This document shows, in pieces, positions 42,681 through 51,839 of a DNA stretch of 64,000 nucleotides; the first letter of the stretch is position 1, and each line of letters begins with the position of its first letter. Below the pieces are notes generated by a model, which did not search any database, was not told the DNA's origin, and saw nothing but the letters and a program-made list of their open reading frames with translations. The DNA comes from an uncultured Bacteroidota bacterium (GTDB lineage: Bacteria; Bacteroidota; Bacteroidia; Bacteroidales; SZUA-534), in assembly GCA_946414435.1 (NCBI GenBank), contig CAMKOM010000009.1, forward strand, positions 17,277-81,276, written 5' to 3'. The translations under genes and the position numbers were made by a program.

Positions 42681-43217
42681 TTAACCCTCGATAACCCTAC
42701 TCACCGCCTTCAAGGCACAATTCCGCCGTTCATCGCCGTTGCCGCAGACTTCGGCATACGGCAAACCAAACGTTTCCAACTCGTTACGATAGATGGCCGA
42801 TAGTTTATCGCGCATCGGGCCGCCGTTCTCACGCACGGGGTCGGGCACCCAGGGAATATCGGGCAGGCAAAGCAGATGCAGTGTGGCGGGGTGCGAACGT
42901 ATGGCTTCAGGAATCCACTCGGGGCAACGGCCGTAAACCACATCGAACCATACTTTGGTGATAATCAGGTCGGTATCGAACAAAACGGCAGAGTGCCCAG
43001 CGGCAATGGCGTGCTCAAATTCGGCAATCTGCAGGCGGGCAATCTCAACCACATCGTCGAAAGAGTAGGGGCGGCCCAACTGCTCAACGTAGCCGCGTGC
43101 CAGTTCTGGAACCCACGGAATATCAAGTGTTTGGGCTAAAAATCGGCACAGGTCGGTTTTGCCCGTCGATTCGGCACCGGTGGCCACAATTATCTTTGTA
43201 TCAGTTCTTTCCGCCAT
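42681..43217 (-). CDS. NadR-type ribosylnicotinamide kinase-like P-loop ATPase
   Basis: The start is trimmed to MAERTDTKIIVATGAESTGKT (P-loop). Synteny and a 28-nt overlap link it to the pnuC upstream. Confidence 0.7.
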   Translation of the reverse strand: MAERTDTKIIVATGAESTGKTDLCRFLAQTLDIPWVPELARGYVEQLGRPYSFDDVVEIARLQIAEFEHAIAAGHSAVLFDTDLIITKVWFDVVYGRCPEWIPEAIRSHPATLHLLCLPDIPWVPDPVRENGGPMRDKLSAIYRNELETFGLPYAEVCGNGDERRNCALKAVSRVIEG

Positions 43218-43771
43218 TTCAGATAGCCCACAACGGCCATTGTTGTATATATTATATATAGGAATGCGGTGAGCGGCATCGAGCGCGTGAAGTAGAGCGC
43301 CACTGAGACGGCGTCGGCCACAATGAACACGAGCCATTGCTCAATCATTTTGCGGGTGAGCATCCAGGTGGCGGTGATGGCCAGCGCGGTTGTGAACGAG
43401 TCGCCGACAGGCACGGGCGAGTCGGTGAACAGGGTCAGAATCGCGTAAAGCGCACCCCAGATGGCGGCGGTGATGATGCTCAAAACGAGCCATTGTCTTG
43501 CAGTGGTGCGGCTCACGGCCAGTTCGCGGCCTTCGCGGTTCTTGTGGGCAAGCCACGCCACAAAGCCGTAGATGCTGATAATCAGGTAGTAAGTCTGCAG
43601 CCCCATATCGGCGTAGAACTTGTTGGCAAAGTACACGGCAATGTAGATGGCCGACGAGAGCGCGCCCAGCGGCCACAGCCAGATGCTCTGACGGATGGAC
43701 AGAACAAGATAGACGATGGTTGACACCACGCCGAACAGTTCGAGCCAATTGTCTGTAAGCCAGTTAATCAC
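43190..43771 (-). CDS. pnuC: nicotinamide riboside transporter PnuC
   Basis: 193 aa with about 7 TM spans. The N-terminus NWLELFGVVSTIVYLVLSIRQSIWLWPLG is PnuC-like. Confidence 0.8.
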   Translation of the reverse strand: MINWLTDNWLELFGVVSTIVYLVLSIRQSIWLWPLGALSSAIYIAVYFANKFYADMGLQTYYLIISIYGFVAWLAHKNREGRELAVSRTTARQWLVLSIITAAIWGALYAILTLFTDSPVPVGDSFTTALAITATWMLTRKMIEQWLVFIVADAVSVALYFTRSMPLTAFLYIIYTTMAVVGYLKWRKELIQR

Positions 43772-43777
43772 GTTGCG

Positions 43778-45397
43778 CTATTTGCTTGGCTGCAGTTTCG
43801 ATTTGTACAGTTTTTCGTCCTTCATCACCCGCACTGCTTCCTTAAAAATCGGGTCGATGCGGTTGATAATCTGATAGTACTCGCCCGAATCGTACAGGTC
43901 GCGGGCAATGGCGGCTTTCAGGTTTACGCGCATATGCTCTTTGCCGCGCTCGAAGCCCTTCTCGTCGAACGGCAGTTTCTCCTTCTCGGCAAAGTCGGTC
44001 AGCTGTTTCAGGAACTCATCGGTGACGGTGAAATTCTCGTCGAACGTCTTGAAATCCTTGTCGGTTTTGGTCGATTTGTATTTCTGCTCAAGTTCGGCGC
44101 GGTTGTTGTCGATGTAGTTGAGAACGAATTTGTTAAATATGCCCTGACGCACCATTCTCACGTAGTAGCGCGACGAGTAGGTGGTGTCAATTGGCACAAA
44201 CACATCGGGCATGATGCCGCCGCCGCCGTACACCACGCGGTTGTTCACCTTGGTGAAGTATTTCTCGCCCATGGGCAGATGGATTGAGTCGGCGCTGTAG
44301 AGCTCGCCGTCGTTGTAGCGTTTGTCGAACTCCTTGTTGTACTCATCAACGCCGCCTTCATACGAACGTTGTATGCAGCGGCCTGTGGGGGTGTAGTAGC
44401 GGGCCACGGTGAGTCGCATCATTGAGCCGTCGGGTAGGGGGAACTGGTTCTGCACCAGGCCTTTGCCGAAGGTGCGGCGTCCCACAAGCACGGCGCGGTC
44501 CCAATCCTGAAGGGCGCCCGACACAATCTCACTTGCCGAAGCCGAATTCTCGTTCACCATCACCACAACCCGGCCAAAGTCCTTCTCGTTGTGGCCCGAT
44601 TCGGTGTAGTAGTTTTGGCGCGGCATTTTCGTGCCTTGCGTGAACACCACCATCTTGCCGCTCTGCAGGAACTGGCTTGCAAGGTCGAAACCTGTGTTCA
44701 GGTAACCGCCGCCGTTGTCGGTCAGGTCCACAATCAGGTGTTTCAGGCCTTGCTTGCGCAACTTGCCGACGGCCGTGTTGAACTCGCTTGTGGTGGTGGC
44801 CGCAAACTTGTTGATTTTGATGTATCCGATGCCCGCTTTGGTGTCAACCATATATGCAGCATCGACGCTGTAGATTGGAATTTTGTCGCGTGTTATCTTG
44901 AAGTCAATCAGGTCTTTGCTTCCGTGGCGTTTTACTTTTACAGTAACTACGGAGCCTTTCTTTCCACGTAGTTTTTTCTGCACCATCTGGTTGGTCAGTC
45001 CCACGCCAGCAATGTTGGCCGTGTCCACATAAATAATGCGGTCGCCAGCCATCAGGCCCACGCGTTCCGACGGTCCGCCAGGAATCACGGCCACAATCAT
45101 CAGTGTGTCGTTCATAATGTTGAATTGTATGCCGATGCCTTCAAAATTGCCTTCGAGCGGCTCGTTCATCGCCTTCACATCGTCCTGAGTGATGTAAACC
45201 GAGTGCGGGTCGAGCTCCTTGAGCATGGCAATAATGCCTGTTTCAACCAGTTTGGGCATATTGGTTGTGTCCACGTAAAGGTTGTCGATGAGGTCGAGAA
45301 CGCGGTTCATCTTGAAATTCTGCTCACGATTGCCGCGTTGTGCTTGTGCGCTCATTGTTAGCACAATGACTGCTATTGCTATCAATATTTTTCGCAT
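43778..45397 (-). CDS. S41 family C-terminal processing peptidase
   Basis: PDZ region GIGIQF...VIPGGPSERVGLMAGDRI, catalytic region NENSASASEIVSGALQD, and GRRTFGKGLVQ. Confidence 0.85.
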   Translation of the reverse strand: MRKILIAIAVIVLTMSAQAQRGNREQNFKMNRVLDLIDNLYVDTTNMPKLVETGIIAMLKELDPHSVYITQDDVKAMNEPLEGNFEGIGIQFNIMNDTLMIVAVIPGGPSERVGLMAGDRIIYVDTANIAGVGLTNQMVQKKLRGKKGSVVTVKVKRHGSKDLIDFKITRDKIPIYSVDAAYMVDTKAGIGYIKINKFAATTTSEFNTAVGKLRKQGLKHLIVDLTDNGGGYLNTGFDLASQFLQSGKMVVFTQGTKMPRQNYYTESGHNEKDFGRVVVMVNENSASASEIVSGALQDWDRAVLVGRRTFGKGLVQNQFPLPDGSMMRLTVARYYTPTGRCIQRSYEGGVDEYNKEFDKRYNDGELYSADSIHLPMGEKYFTKVNNRVVYGGGGIMPDVFVPIDTTYSSRYYVRMVRQGIFNKFVLNYIDNNRAELEQKYKSTKTDKDFKTFDENFTVTDEFLKQLTDFAEKEKLPFDEKGFERGKEHMRVNLKAAIARDLYDSGEYYQIINRIDPIFKEAVRVMKDEKLYKSKLQPSK

Positions 45398-45420
45398 ACC
45401 TGTTTTTATTATAACGAGCC

Positions 45421-45428
45421 CAAAGGTA
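45421..45428 (-). promoter_or_regulatory. candidate -7 promoter box (TACCTTTG on minus strand)
   Basis: TAnnTTTG match 24 nt upstream of the peptidase ATG (45397). Confidence 0.4.
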
Positions 45429-45531
45429 TTAACAAAAATGTAAACGCAAATGGAAAACGCATATATGAGGTTCTCCTCCTAATTGAAAAATGTATAGCAT
45501 ATGAATGCTAAATGGCTGGTGATCAATATTT

Positions 45532-46002
45532 CTACCACTTCGAAAACGGCCGTTGCGACAGATACGAATTGTAATACCGCTTGTCGCCCGTAACTTCCTG
45601 GCCAAGCCATTCGGGTAGCGAAACTTGCTGCGTGGCCGATTCCAACTCAACTTCGGCCATTGTAAGTCCTTCGTTTTCACCGCCGAACACGTCAACCTCA
45701 AATGTCAGGCCGCCGAACGGGACAATGTAGCGCGTCTTTTCGATTGCGCCTGGCAGACAAAGTTTTAGCAGCATTTCGGCTTCATTCGCAGCAATTTCCT
45801 TTTCCCACTCAAAGCGGCTCAAGCCGTCGGCAGTGCTGGCGCCTTTAATGGTCAGGTAGCCTTTGTCACCTTTAATTCGCACACGCACAGTGCGTTGCGG
45901 GTCAGCAACCAAGTAGCCCTGGCAGATTTTGTATTCAGCCGTTGCAAGGTGACGAAATTCGCTTTTAACCAAAAACTTGCGTTCTATTTCAGTGTATTCC
46001 AT
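45532..46002 (-). CDS. CYTH-domain protein (triphosphatase / class IV adenylate cyclase fold)
   Basis: The N-terminal signature is EIERKFLV. The size is 156 aa. Confidence 0.8.
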   Translation of the reverse strand: MEYTEIERKFLVKSEFRHLATAEYKICQGYLVADPQRTVRVRIKGDKGYLTIKGASTADGLSRFEWEKEIAANEAEMLLKLCLPGAIEKTRYIVPFGGLTFEVDVFGGENEGLTMAEVELESATQQVSLPEWLGQEVTGDKRYYNSYLSQRPFSKW

Positions 46003-46004
46003 AG

Positions 46005-46128
46005 TTTAATGTTTAGAAGGTTAGAAGTTTAGAGTTAAGTTTTAGACTTCAGACTACGGACAACAGACGGTTTTGAGTAGTCTGTTCGTTGTTAATTGTT
46101 TACATTTTCACATTCTTTTTCAAATTCT
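46005..46128 (-). repeat. proximal part of composite heptad element (inverted relative to the 25.3-kb copy)
   Basis: Reads gtttaga aggttag aagttta gagttaa gttttag acttcag actacgg acaacag. The core GACTTCAGACTAC is the reverse complement of the GTAGTCTGAAGTC core at 25568-25580. Confidence 0.65.
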
Positions 46129-46233
46129 AATACCTAGTGCCTAATGCCTAAATCCTAAATCCTAAATCCTAAATCCTAAATCCTAAATCCTAATTCCTAA
46201 TTCCAAAATCCTAAATCTTAGTGCCTTTAATCT
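46129..46233 (-). repeat. heptanucleotide array, ~15 units TAANNCC (= GGNNTTA on minus strand), including perfect (CCTAAAT)7 at 46147-46195
   Basis: Counted directly. Seven identical CCTAAAT units are flanked by the variants cctaatt, cctaatt, ccaaaat, cctaaat and cttagtg. Confidence 0.9.
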
Positions 46234-47311
46234 TCCCCGCCAACAATATGGCATTCAGCAAATTACCTTCCTGCGAACGAACCGAATAGCGCTCGTCGAT
46301 AGTTTTGCGAGCCGCTTCACCTAATCGTTGCCGAAGTTCCACGGATTCAATCAGTTGCGAAAGGCAATCAACCCATTCGCTGTCGGTTGAAGCAAGGAAA
46401 CCATTTGCGCCGTGCTCAATAATATCGGTGTTCACGCCCACGGGCGACATTACCGTGGCAATGCCGAGCGCCATATACTGAATGCCCTTGAAGCCGCATT
46501 TTCCACACGACCAACGGTCGTCGGGCAGCGGCATAATGCCAATATCCACCTTGTTAAGTTCTTCTACTTCAGTGTCTTTGCACCATTTGGTGCTTTTCAG
46601 CCCAAGTTCGGGCACTTCATAGTCAACATCCACTATCACCTTGAAATTCACGCGGTTGCCGTATTTTTGTTTTATGGCCGTCAGGGCGGGAATGGCGTTC
46701 TGAAAGTGCTTCAGCGTGGTGGTGCTGCCAATCCAACCAATCGTAACTGTTTCAGAATCAACTGCCCCGCGATATTTGTACGCATCGGTATCAATGGCTG
46801 TCGGCACAATCACCACATTTGGATTCGACTGTCGAGCGTAATCTGCTAAAAATGAATTACCTACGGTCACAACATTGGCCAAGCGGGCAATTTTGGCGGT
46901 CTTCGCCGAACTCTTGAGCCAACTCAGGTTTTTGTTCGATTCCGACGTGTCGTTCAACCAGATAGCGTCATCAAAATCAAAAATCATTGCGGCGCGACTC
47001 ATCGAAAGCAGTTTCTCAAAAATTGCCCACCCCCAGAAATGCGCTTCGCGATAGACAATCGCATAATCGTAACGCCACGCACGCAAAACATCGAACAGCC
47101 TTATAATCACGCACTTGAGTGCAATCCAGCATTTCAGCAGATAGTTGCCGCGCTGATAGAAATGGCGGTCGTCCCAGGCATTGAGCAGAAACGAGTATGT
47201 AATTGTAAATCCTTCAGACTCAATAAAATCAGTGTACTGCTCGAATCGGAATCTCTGTCCAGGCGAGCGTCCAGGGCGGTGTGGGGCTATATATAACAAT
47301 CTATGTTTCAA
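46211..47311 (-). CDS. glycosyltransferase (GT-B fold, GT1/GT4-like)
   Basis: 366 aa. The C-terminal sugar-donor region is GIATVMSPVGVNTDIIEHGANGFL. Its start overlaps the upstream stop by 4 nt. Confidence 0.7.
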   Translation of the reverse strand: MKHRLLYIAPHRPGRSPGQRFRFEQYTDFIESEGFTITYSFLLNAWDDRHFYQRGNYLLKCWIALKCVIIRLFDVLRAWRYDYAIVYREAHFWGWAIFEKLLSMSRAAMIFDFDDAIWLNDTSESNKNLSWLKSSAKTAKIARLANVVTVGNSFLADYARQSNPNVVIVPTAIDTDAYKYRGAVDSETVTIGWIGSTTTLKHFQNAIPALTAIKQKYGNRVNFKVIVDVDYEVPELGLKSTKWCKDTEVEELNKVDIGIMPLPDDRWSCGKCGFKGIQYMALGIATVMSPVGVNTDIIEHGANGFLASTDSEWVDCLSQLIESVELRQRLGEAARKTIDERYSVRSQEGNLLNAILLAGKIKGTKI

Positions 47312-48540
47312 TTTGTTATACTTTTGTAAATTGTATTATAAGCATTGACGCCATTTTCGAGCGAGAACATCTCGCAAGCCATCTGTCGCGACTGGCTGCG
47401 GCCATCGGGCGGCAATTTTAGCATTTTTTCGATTGCTGCGGCATAGTCGGCGCTATTCCAGCCGTCAATCAGCACGCCCTGCGGGTTGCGGCTCATAATC
47501 TCATCGACATCGCCCACGCCACGATTGGTCAGGCACGGAATGCCAAGCGCCATCAACTCGGCAAGTTTGGTTGGCGACGACGCCTTTTTCGACCAAACGG
47601 GCTTTATGAAGAACAGCGACGCGTTGGACAGCATTGCCAGCGACGGTACTTCGCTGCGCTTGGCGGGTTGCACAACAATGCGGTCGGTGCTGATTCCGTG
47701 CCGCTCGGCTTCGTCGAGTATCATTTTTTTGCTGTCGCGAGTGATAAACAAGAATTGTGCATCTGGCTTATACTTAAGCAGTTCGCCAAAGAAATCCATC
47801 ATCTCGGGCAGCATATACCAAGTGCCAACCGAGCCCAGATACGACAGCACGAATGTGTCGGGACTGATATTCAATCTCTTGCGCCAGTCATCAATATCCG
47901 CTTGATTAACAGTGTTATAATCGAAGTGATTGACATCGGCACAGCAGGGAATAACCGTTATTTTGTCGGCCGTCACATTTGGCAGATTCCATTGCAGAAT
48001 CTCGTTTTTGGCGGCGTTGGTTAGGCTCACAATGGCGTCCGATTCGGTCATAAACACCTTTTCCTTACGCTTAAAAAAGTTATATACAAGCTTATAAATC
48101 AGTTTCTTGGTATTCCAGATATTTCCATCGACACGCTCATCGGCATAGAAGCCGCGCATATCGAAGACAAAACGGCAACCGAATTTATTTTTCAGCGCAA
48201 GTCCCACAAAAGCAGCAATATAACTGCGGCAATGTACAATGTCGAAGCCGCCACGCCGCTGCAGCGACAGTGCCAAACGCTTGATTTTCAGAATATCCTT
48301 CAGCGTTGACACGATTGGCGGACGTTTGGTGTAAACCGTTGGTTGCCAATCGATTCCCGCTTCGGCCACAATCTTTTCGACTATGGCGCGGCCAGCAGCA
48401 AAAACTTCGGGCTTCTCGGCGCTTATGAGCGTGATTTGGTGTCCGCGCTGCGCCAGTCCGCACAGGTACGGCAGCACCTGCGACTGCCCCAGAGCGTCGG
48501 TCATTCCGTCGTACGATATGTATAAAACCTTGCTGCTCAT
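47308..48540 (-). CDS. glycosyltransferase family 4-like
   Basis: The N-terminus is VLYISYDGMTDALGQSQVLPYL and the C-terminal region is GIPCLTNRGVGDVDEIM. Its start overlaps the miaA stop by 4 nt. Confidence 0.7.
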   Translation of the reverse strand: MSSKVLYISYDGMTDALGQSQVLPYLCGLAQRGHQITLISAEKPEVFAAGRAIVEKIVAEAGIDWQPTVYTKRPPIVSTLKDILKIKRLALSLQRRGGFDIVHCRSYIAAFVGLALKNKFGCRFVFDMRGFYADERVDGNIWNTKKLIYKLVYNFFKRKEKVFMTESDAIVSLTNAAKNEILQWNLPNVTADKITVIPCCADVNHFDYNTVNQADIDDWRKRLNISPDTFVLSYLGSVGTWYMLPEMMDFFGELLKYKPDAQFLFITRDSKKMILDEAERHGISTDRIVVQPAKRSEVPSLAMLSNASLFFIKPVWSKKASSPTKLAELMALGIPCLTNRGVGDVDEIMSRNPQGVLIDGWNSADYAAAIEKMLKLPPDGRSQSRQMACEMFSLENGVNAYNTIYKSITN

Positions 48541-49436
48541 TGGTTTAGAACGAAATCAAATATTGCTTTCTCATCGGCGCGGTCGAACCAGTGCATTTGC
48601 GGATAACGGTTGAACCACGTCATCTGTTTTTTTGCGTAACGCCGTGAGTTTCTTTTGATTAGGCGCACGGCTTCGTCAAAATCATACTCACCGTCGAAGT
48701 AGCCGAAAAATTCCTTGTAACCGACAGTGTTGAGCGAGTTCAACTGCTTGTATTGGTGCAGATTACGCGCTTCGGCTTCCAATCCTGCGGCAAGCATCGC
48801 GTCAACGCGGCTGTCGATACGGTCGTAGAGTTTTTGACGGTCCATTGTCAGGCCAACCATCACAATATCGAACGGCCGCTGTTTGCCTTGCCCCGTCCGC
48901 AGCGACGAGTATGTCTTGCCCGTCTGCGCAATCACTTCAAGGGCCTTCAGCACGCGTTTGGGGTTCACAATGTCGGCCGTGTTGTAATAGTCGGGGTCGA
49001 GTTGTGCAAGTTCGGCGCGCAAGGCATCAATACCTTCATTTTTAAGGCGTTGCATCATTTGTGCGCGAATCTCGGGCGACGCTGTCGGCAAATCGTCGAT
49101 ACCCTGCACAACAGCATCAATATACATTCCCGAGCCGCCAACCATCAGCACCTTGTCGTGCGTGGCGAACAGCGTGTCGAGCAATTCGAGCGCCTGCAGT
49201 TCGAACCGTCCTGCGCTGTAATAATCTGTTATCGAGAGATTTCCAATAAAATAATGCTTCACCCTGGTCAACTGCTCTGCCGACGGCGGCGCGGCGCCAA
49301 TCTGTAGTTCGCGGTACATCTGCCTTGAGTCGCACGACACGATTTCAGTATCCAACTTCAGAGCCAGTTCAATGCTCAGGTCGGTCTTACCAATGCCCGT
49401 TGGGCCCGTCAGTATTATCAGTTTTTTGCCATCCAT
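48537..49436 (-). CDS. miaA: tRNA dimethylallyltransferase
   Basis: P-loop LTGPTGIGKTDLSIELA, plus VSCDSRQMYRELQIGAAPP and VGGSGMY. Confidence 0.9.
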   Translation of the reverse strand: MDGKKLIILTGPTGIGKTDLSIELALKLDTEIVSCDSRQMYRELQIGAAPPSAEQLTRVKHYFIGNLSITDYYSAGRFELQALELLDTLFATHDKVLMVGGSGMYIDAVVQGIDDLPTASPEIRAQMMQRLKNEGIDALRAELAQLDPDYYNTADIVNPKRVLKALEVIAQTGKTYSSLRTGQGKQRPFDIVMVGLTMDRQKLYDRIDSRVDAMLAAGLEAEARNLHQYKQLNSLNTVGYKEFFGYFDGEYDFDEAVRLIKRNSRRYAKKQMTWFNRYPQMHWFDRADEKAIFDFVLNQ

Positions 49437-49488
49437 TTGCCGTGTTTTGTGTGGCTAAAGTTGCAAAAAGAACAACGAAAATAATCGC

Positions 49489-50301
49489 TTACATAACCAC
49501 CTTCCGAATAGCCACTAACTTTGTTAGCAAATTCTCCAGGTATTCGAGTTTGAGCATATTGGCGCCGTCCGATTTGGCAACCGACGGGTTTGGGTGTGTC
49601 TCGAGGAAGATACCGTCGACACCTACGGCAATGCCGGCTTTGGCAACGGTCTCAATCAAATCGGGACGACCACCGGTGACACCTGATGATTGATTTGGCT
49701 GCTGAAGCGAGTGAGTGATGTCGAGCACCACAGGGTAGCCGAACGCTTGCATGGTGGGAATTCCGCGGTAATCGATAATCAAATCGCCGTAACCGAACAT
49801 TGTGCCACGGTCGGTGAGCATAACGCGGGGATTGCCGCTATCGACAACTTTCTGCGCCGCAAACTTCATCGACTCGGGCGATAGGAACTGACCTTTCTTG
49901 ATATTCACCACTTTGCCGGTTTTGGCGGCGGCTTCGAGCAAATCAGTCTGTCGGCAAAGAAATGCCGGAATTTGCAGAATATCAACATATTCGGCGGCCA
50001 TTGCAGCCTCGTCAGCCGAGTGGATATCGGTGACAATCGGCACTTGCAAATCAGTACGCACACGCGCCAGCAACTCCAGCGCCTCACGGTCGCCAATGCC
50101 GGTGAAACTGTCGATGCGGCTGCGGTTGGCCTTGCGGTACGAAGCCTTGAACACAAACGGAATCTTCAATTTGTCGGTTATCTGCTTGATGGTTTCGGCT
50201 GTATGATAGAGCATATCCTCGCCTTCAACAACGCACGGTCCGGCCAAAAGGAAGAAATTCCCGCTGTCGGTGTTTTTTATGAATGGGATTTGTGAAATCA
50301 T
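49489..50301 (-). CDS. kdsA: 3-deoxy-8-phosphooctulonate synthase
   Basis: ORF track extends to 50496. I trim the start to MISQIPFIKN...FFLLAGPCVVE (ATG at 50301), which has a -7 box 19 nt upstream. FKASYRKANRS and VLDITHSLQ are KdsA-like. Confidence 0.9.
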   Translation of the reverse strand: MISQIPFIKNTDSGNFFLLAGPCVVEGEDMLYHTAETIKQITDKLKIPFVFKASYRKANRSRIDSFTGIGDREALELLARVRTDLQVPIVTDIHSADEAAMAAEYVDILQIPAFLCRQTDLLEAAAKTGKVVNIKKGQFLSPESMKFAAQKVVDSGNPRVMLTDRGTMFGYGDLIIDYRGIPTMQAFGYPVVLDITHSLQQPNQSSGVTGGRPDLIETVAKAGIAVGVDGIFLETHPNPSVAKSDGANMLKLEYLENLLTKLVAIRKVVM

Positions 50302-50319
50302 AACTTTTTGTTTTGAGAA

Positions 50320-50327
50320 CAAATATA
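50320..50327 (-). promoter_or_regulatory. candidate -7 promoter box (TATATTTG on minus strand) for kdsA
   Basis: The forward sequence CAAATATA at 50320-50327 lies 19 nt upstream of ATG 50301. Confidence 0.5.
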
Positions 50328-50411
50328 AGGGAAATATTAAATGCTGACGTTGATACAGGCACTGACGCTGACAAAACCAAACACAAGCAAGGGGGCAATG
50401 CACCAAAATAT

Positions 50412-50419
50412 TATCTTTG
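50412..50419 (+). promoter_or_regulatory. candidate -7 promoter box (TATCTTTG) for mnmE
   Basis: TAnnTTTG match 17 nt upstream of ATG 50436. It is divergent from the kdsA promoter. Confidence 0.5.
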
Positions 50420-50435
50420 CGGAAAATTTGAACCG

Positions 50436-51815
50436 ATGGATTTTTCCGACACCATTTGTGCGATATCAACAGCTGCGGGCAATGGCGCCATAGCAATTGT
50501 AAGGCTCAGCGGGCCTCAAGCCACAGCTATTGCCAAGAAGGTTTTCTGTGCACGGCGGCCGGGTTTCGATATCGACAGTCAACCGTCACATACGGCAGTA
50601 CTCGGGACCATCAGCAACAACGGCGCTCCTATCGACGAAGTGCTACTGACCGTTTTTCGTGCGCCACATTCTTACACGGGCGACGATATTGTCGAGATTG
50701 GCTGCCACGGCTCGACGTTCATCCAACAGCAGATTCTGCAAACACTCATTGCCAACGGCGCACGAATGGCCGCTCCAGGCGAGTTCACGCAACGCGCCTT
50801 TCTGAATGGTAAGATGGACCTGTCACAAGCCGAAGCTGTGGCCGACCTGATTGCCTCAACGGGCGCCGCATCGCACCGTGTGGCGCTGAACCAGATGCGT
50901 GGCGGCATATCAACCGAACTGGCGCATCTGCGCGACGAATTGTTGAAAACAATCTCGTTGGTTGAGTTGGAATTGGATTTTAGCGAAGAAGATGTTGAGT
51001 TTGCCGACCGTTCACAACTGCGCACACTACTTAATAATATTGGTGCGGAAATCGACCGGCTGGTAAAGTCGTTCAGTCTAGGGAACGCCATCAAAAACGG
51101 TGTGCCGGTGGCCATCATAGGCGAACCGAACGTGGGCAAATCGACTCTGCTGAATGCCATTCTGAAGGAAGAGCGCGCTATTGTGAGCGACATTGCCGGC
51201 ACAACCCGCGACGCCATTGAAGACACTATCAATATCGATGGCATAACTTACAGATTTATAGACACTGCAGGTATTCGCCAGACGACCGACACAATAGAAA
51301 ACCTTGGCATCGAAAAGACATTTGAGAAGATTGGCCGCGCCGCCATAGTAATAGCAATGTTCGATGCCGCCGACACAGCTGCGAAAATTACTGCATCGCT
51401 CAGTGAGATAGAAACCCGAATGGCGGATGATGCCGCGCTGATTGTGGTGCTGAACAAATGCGACTTGCACAACGCCAACCTGCCAACTGTGAGCAGCCCG
51501 AAAATGCTTGGGCAGGTGTCGATTTCTGCAAAAAACGGGAATATTGACAGCCTTATCACATTGTTAACCAGTAAAATGCACCAGCAGAATACCGATGATG
51601 TGATTATCACCAACGCCCGCCATTACAACGCTCTGCTACTTGCCCGCGAAGCCCTTGATCGCGCCACCGACAAGCTGCGCAACAACACTGAAACTGACCT
51701 TCTGGCCATTGACATTCATGATGTTATCGACAATCTGGGTTCAATCCTTGGTTCGGAAATAACGCCTGACGAGGTGCTCGGGAATATCTTTGCTCACTTC
51801 TGTATCGGTAAATGA
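50436..51815 (+). CDS. mnmE: tRNA modification GTPase MnmE
   Basis: The start is trimmed to MDFSDTICAISTAAGNGAIAIVRLSG. G1 motif GEPNVGKSTLLN and the family-specific C-terminal CIGK. Confidence 0.9.
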   Translation: MDFSDTICAISTAAGNGAIAIVRLSGPQATAIAKKVFCARRPGFDIDSQPSHTAVLGTISNNGAPIDEVLLTVFRAPHSYTGDDIVEIGCHGSTFIQQQILQTLIANGARMAAPGEFTQRAFLNGKMDLSQAEAVADLIASTGAASHRVALNQMRGGISTELAHLRDELLKTISLVELELDFSEEDVEFADRSQLRTLLNNIGAEIDRLVKSFSLGNAIKNGVPVAIIGEPNVGKSTLLNAILKEERAIVSDIAGTTRDAIEDTINIDGITYRFIDTAGIRQTTDTIENLGIEKTFEKIGRAAIVIAMFDAADTAAKITASLSEIETRMADDAALIVVLNKCDLHNANLPTVSSPKMLGQVSISAKNGNIDSLITLLTSKMHQQNTDDVIITNARHYNALLLAREALDRATDKLRNNTETDLLAIDIHDVIDNLGSILGSEITPDEVLGNIFAHFCIGK

Positions 51816-51839
51816 ATCAGCAACTTAGCATTAAAGCTG

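Noticed and set aside
50302-50496. N-terminal extensions in the ORF track for kdsA (to 50496). The same applies to mnmE (from 50313), dapB (to 2512), the nadR-like kinase (to 43337), the M49 peptidase (to 31333) and the GT10-like gene (from 6685).
   Set aside because: The extensions are Cys/Arg-rich or otherwise atypical, and they overlap neighbouring genes or promoter boxes. Conserved family N-termini begin at internal ATGs with TAnnTTTG boxes at plausible distances.
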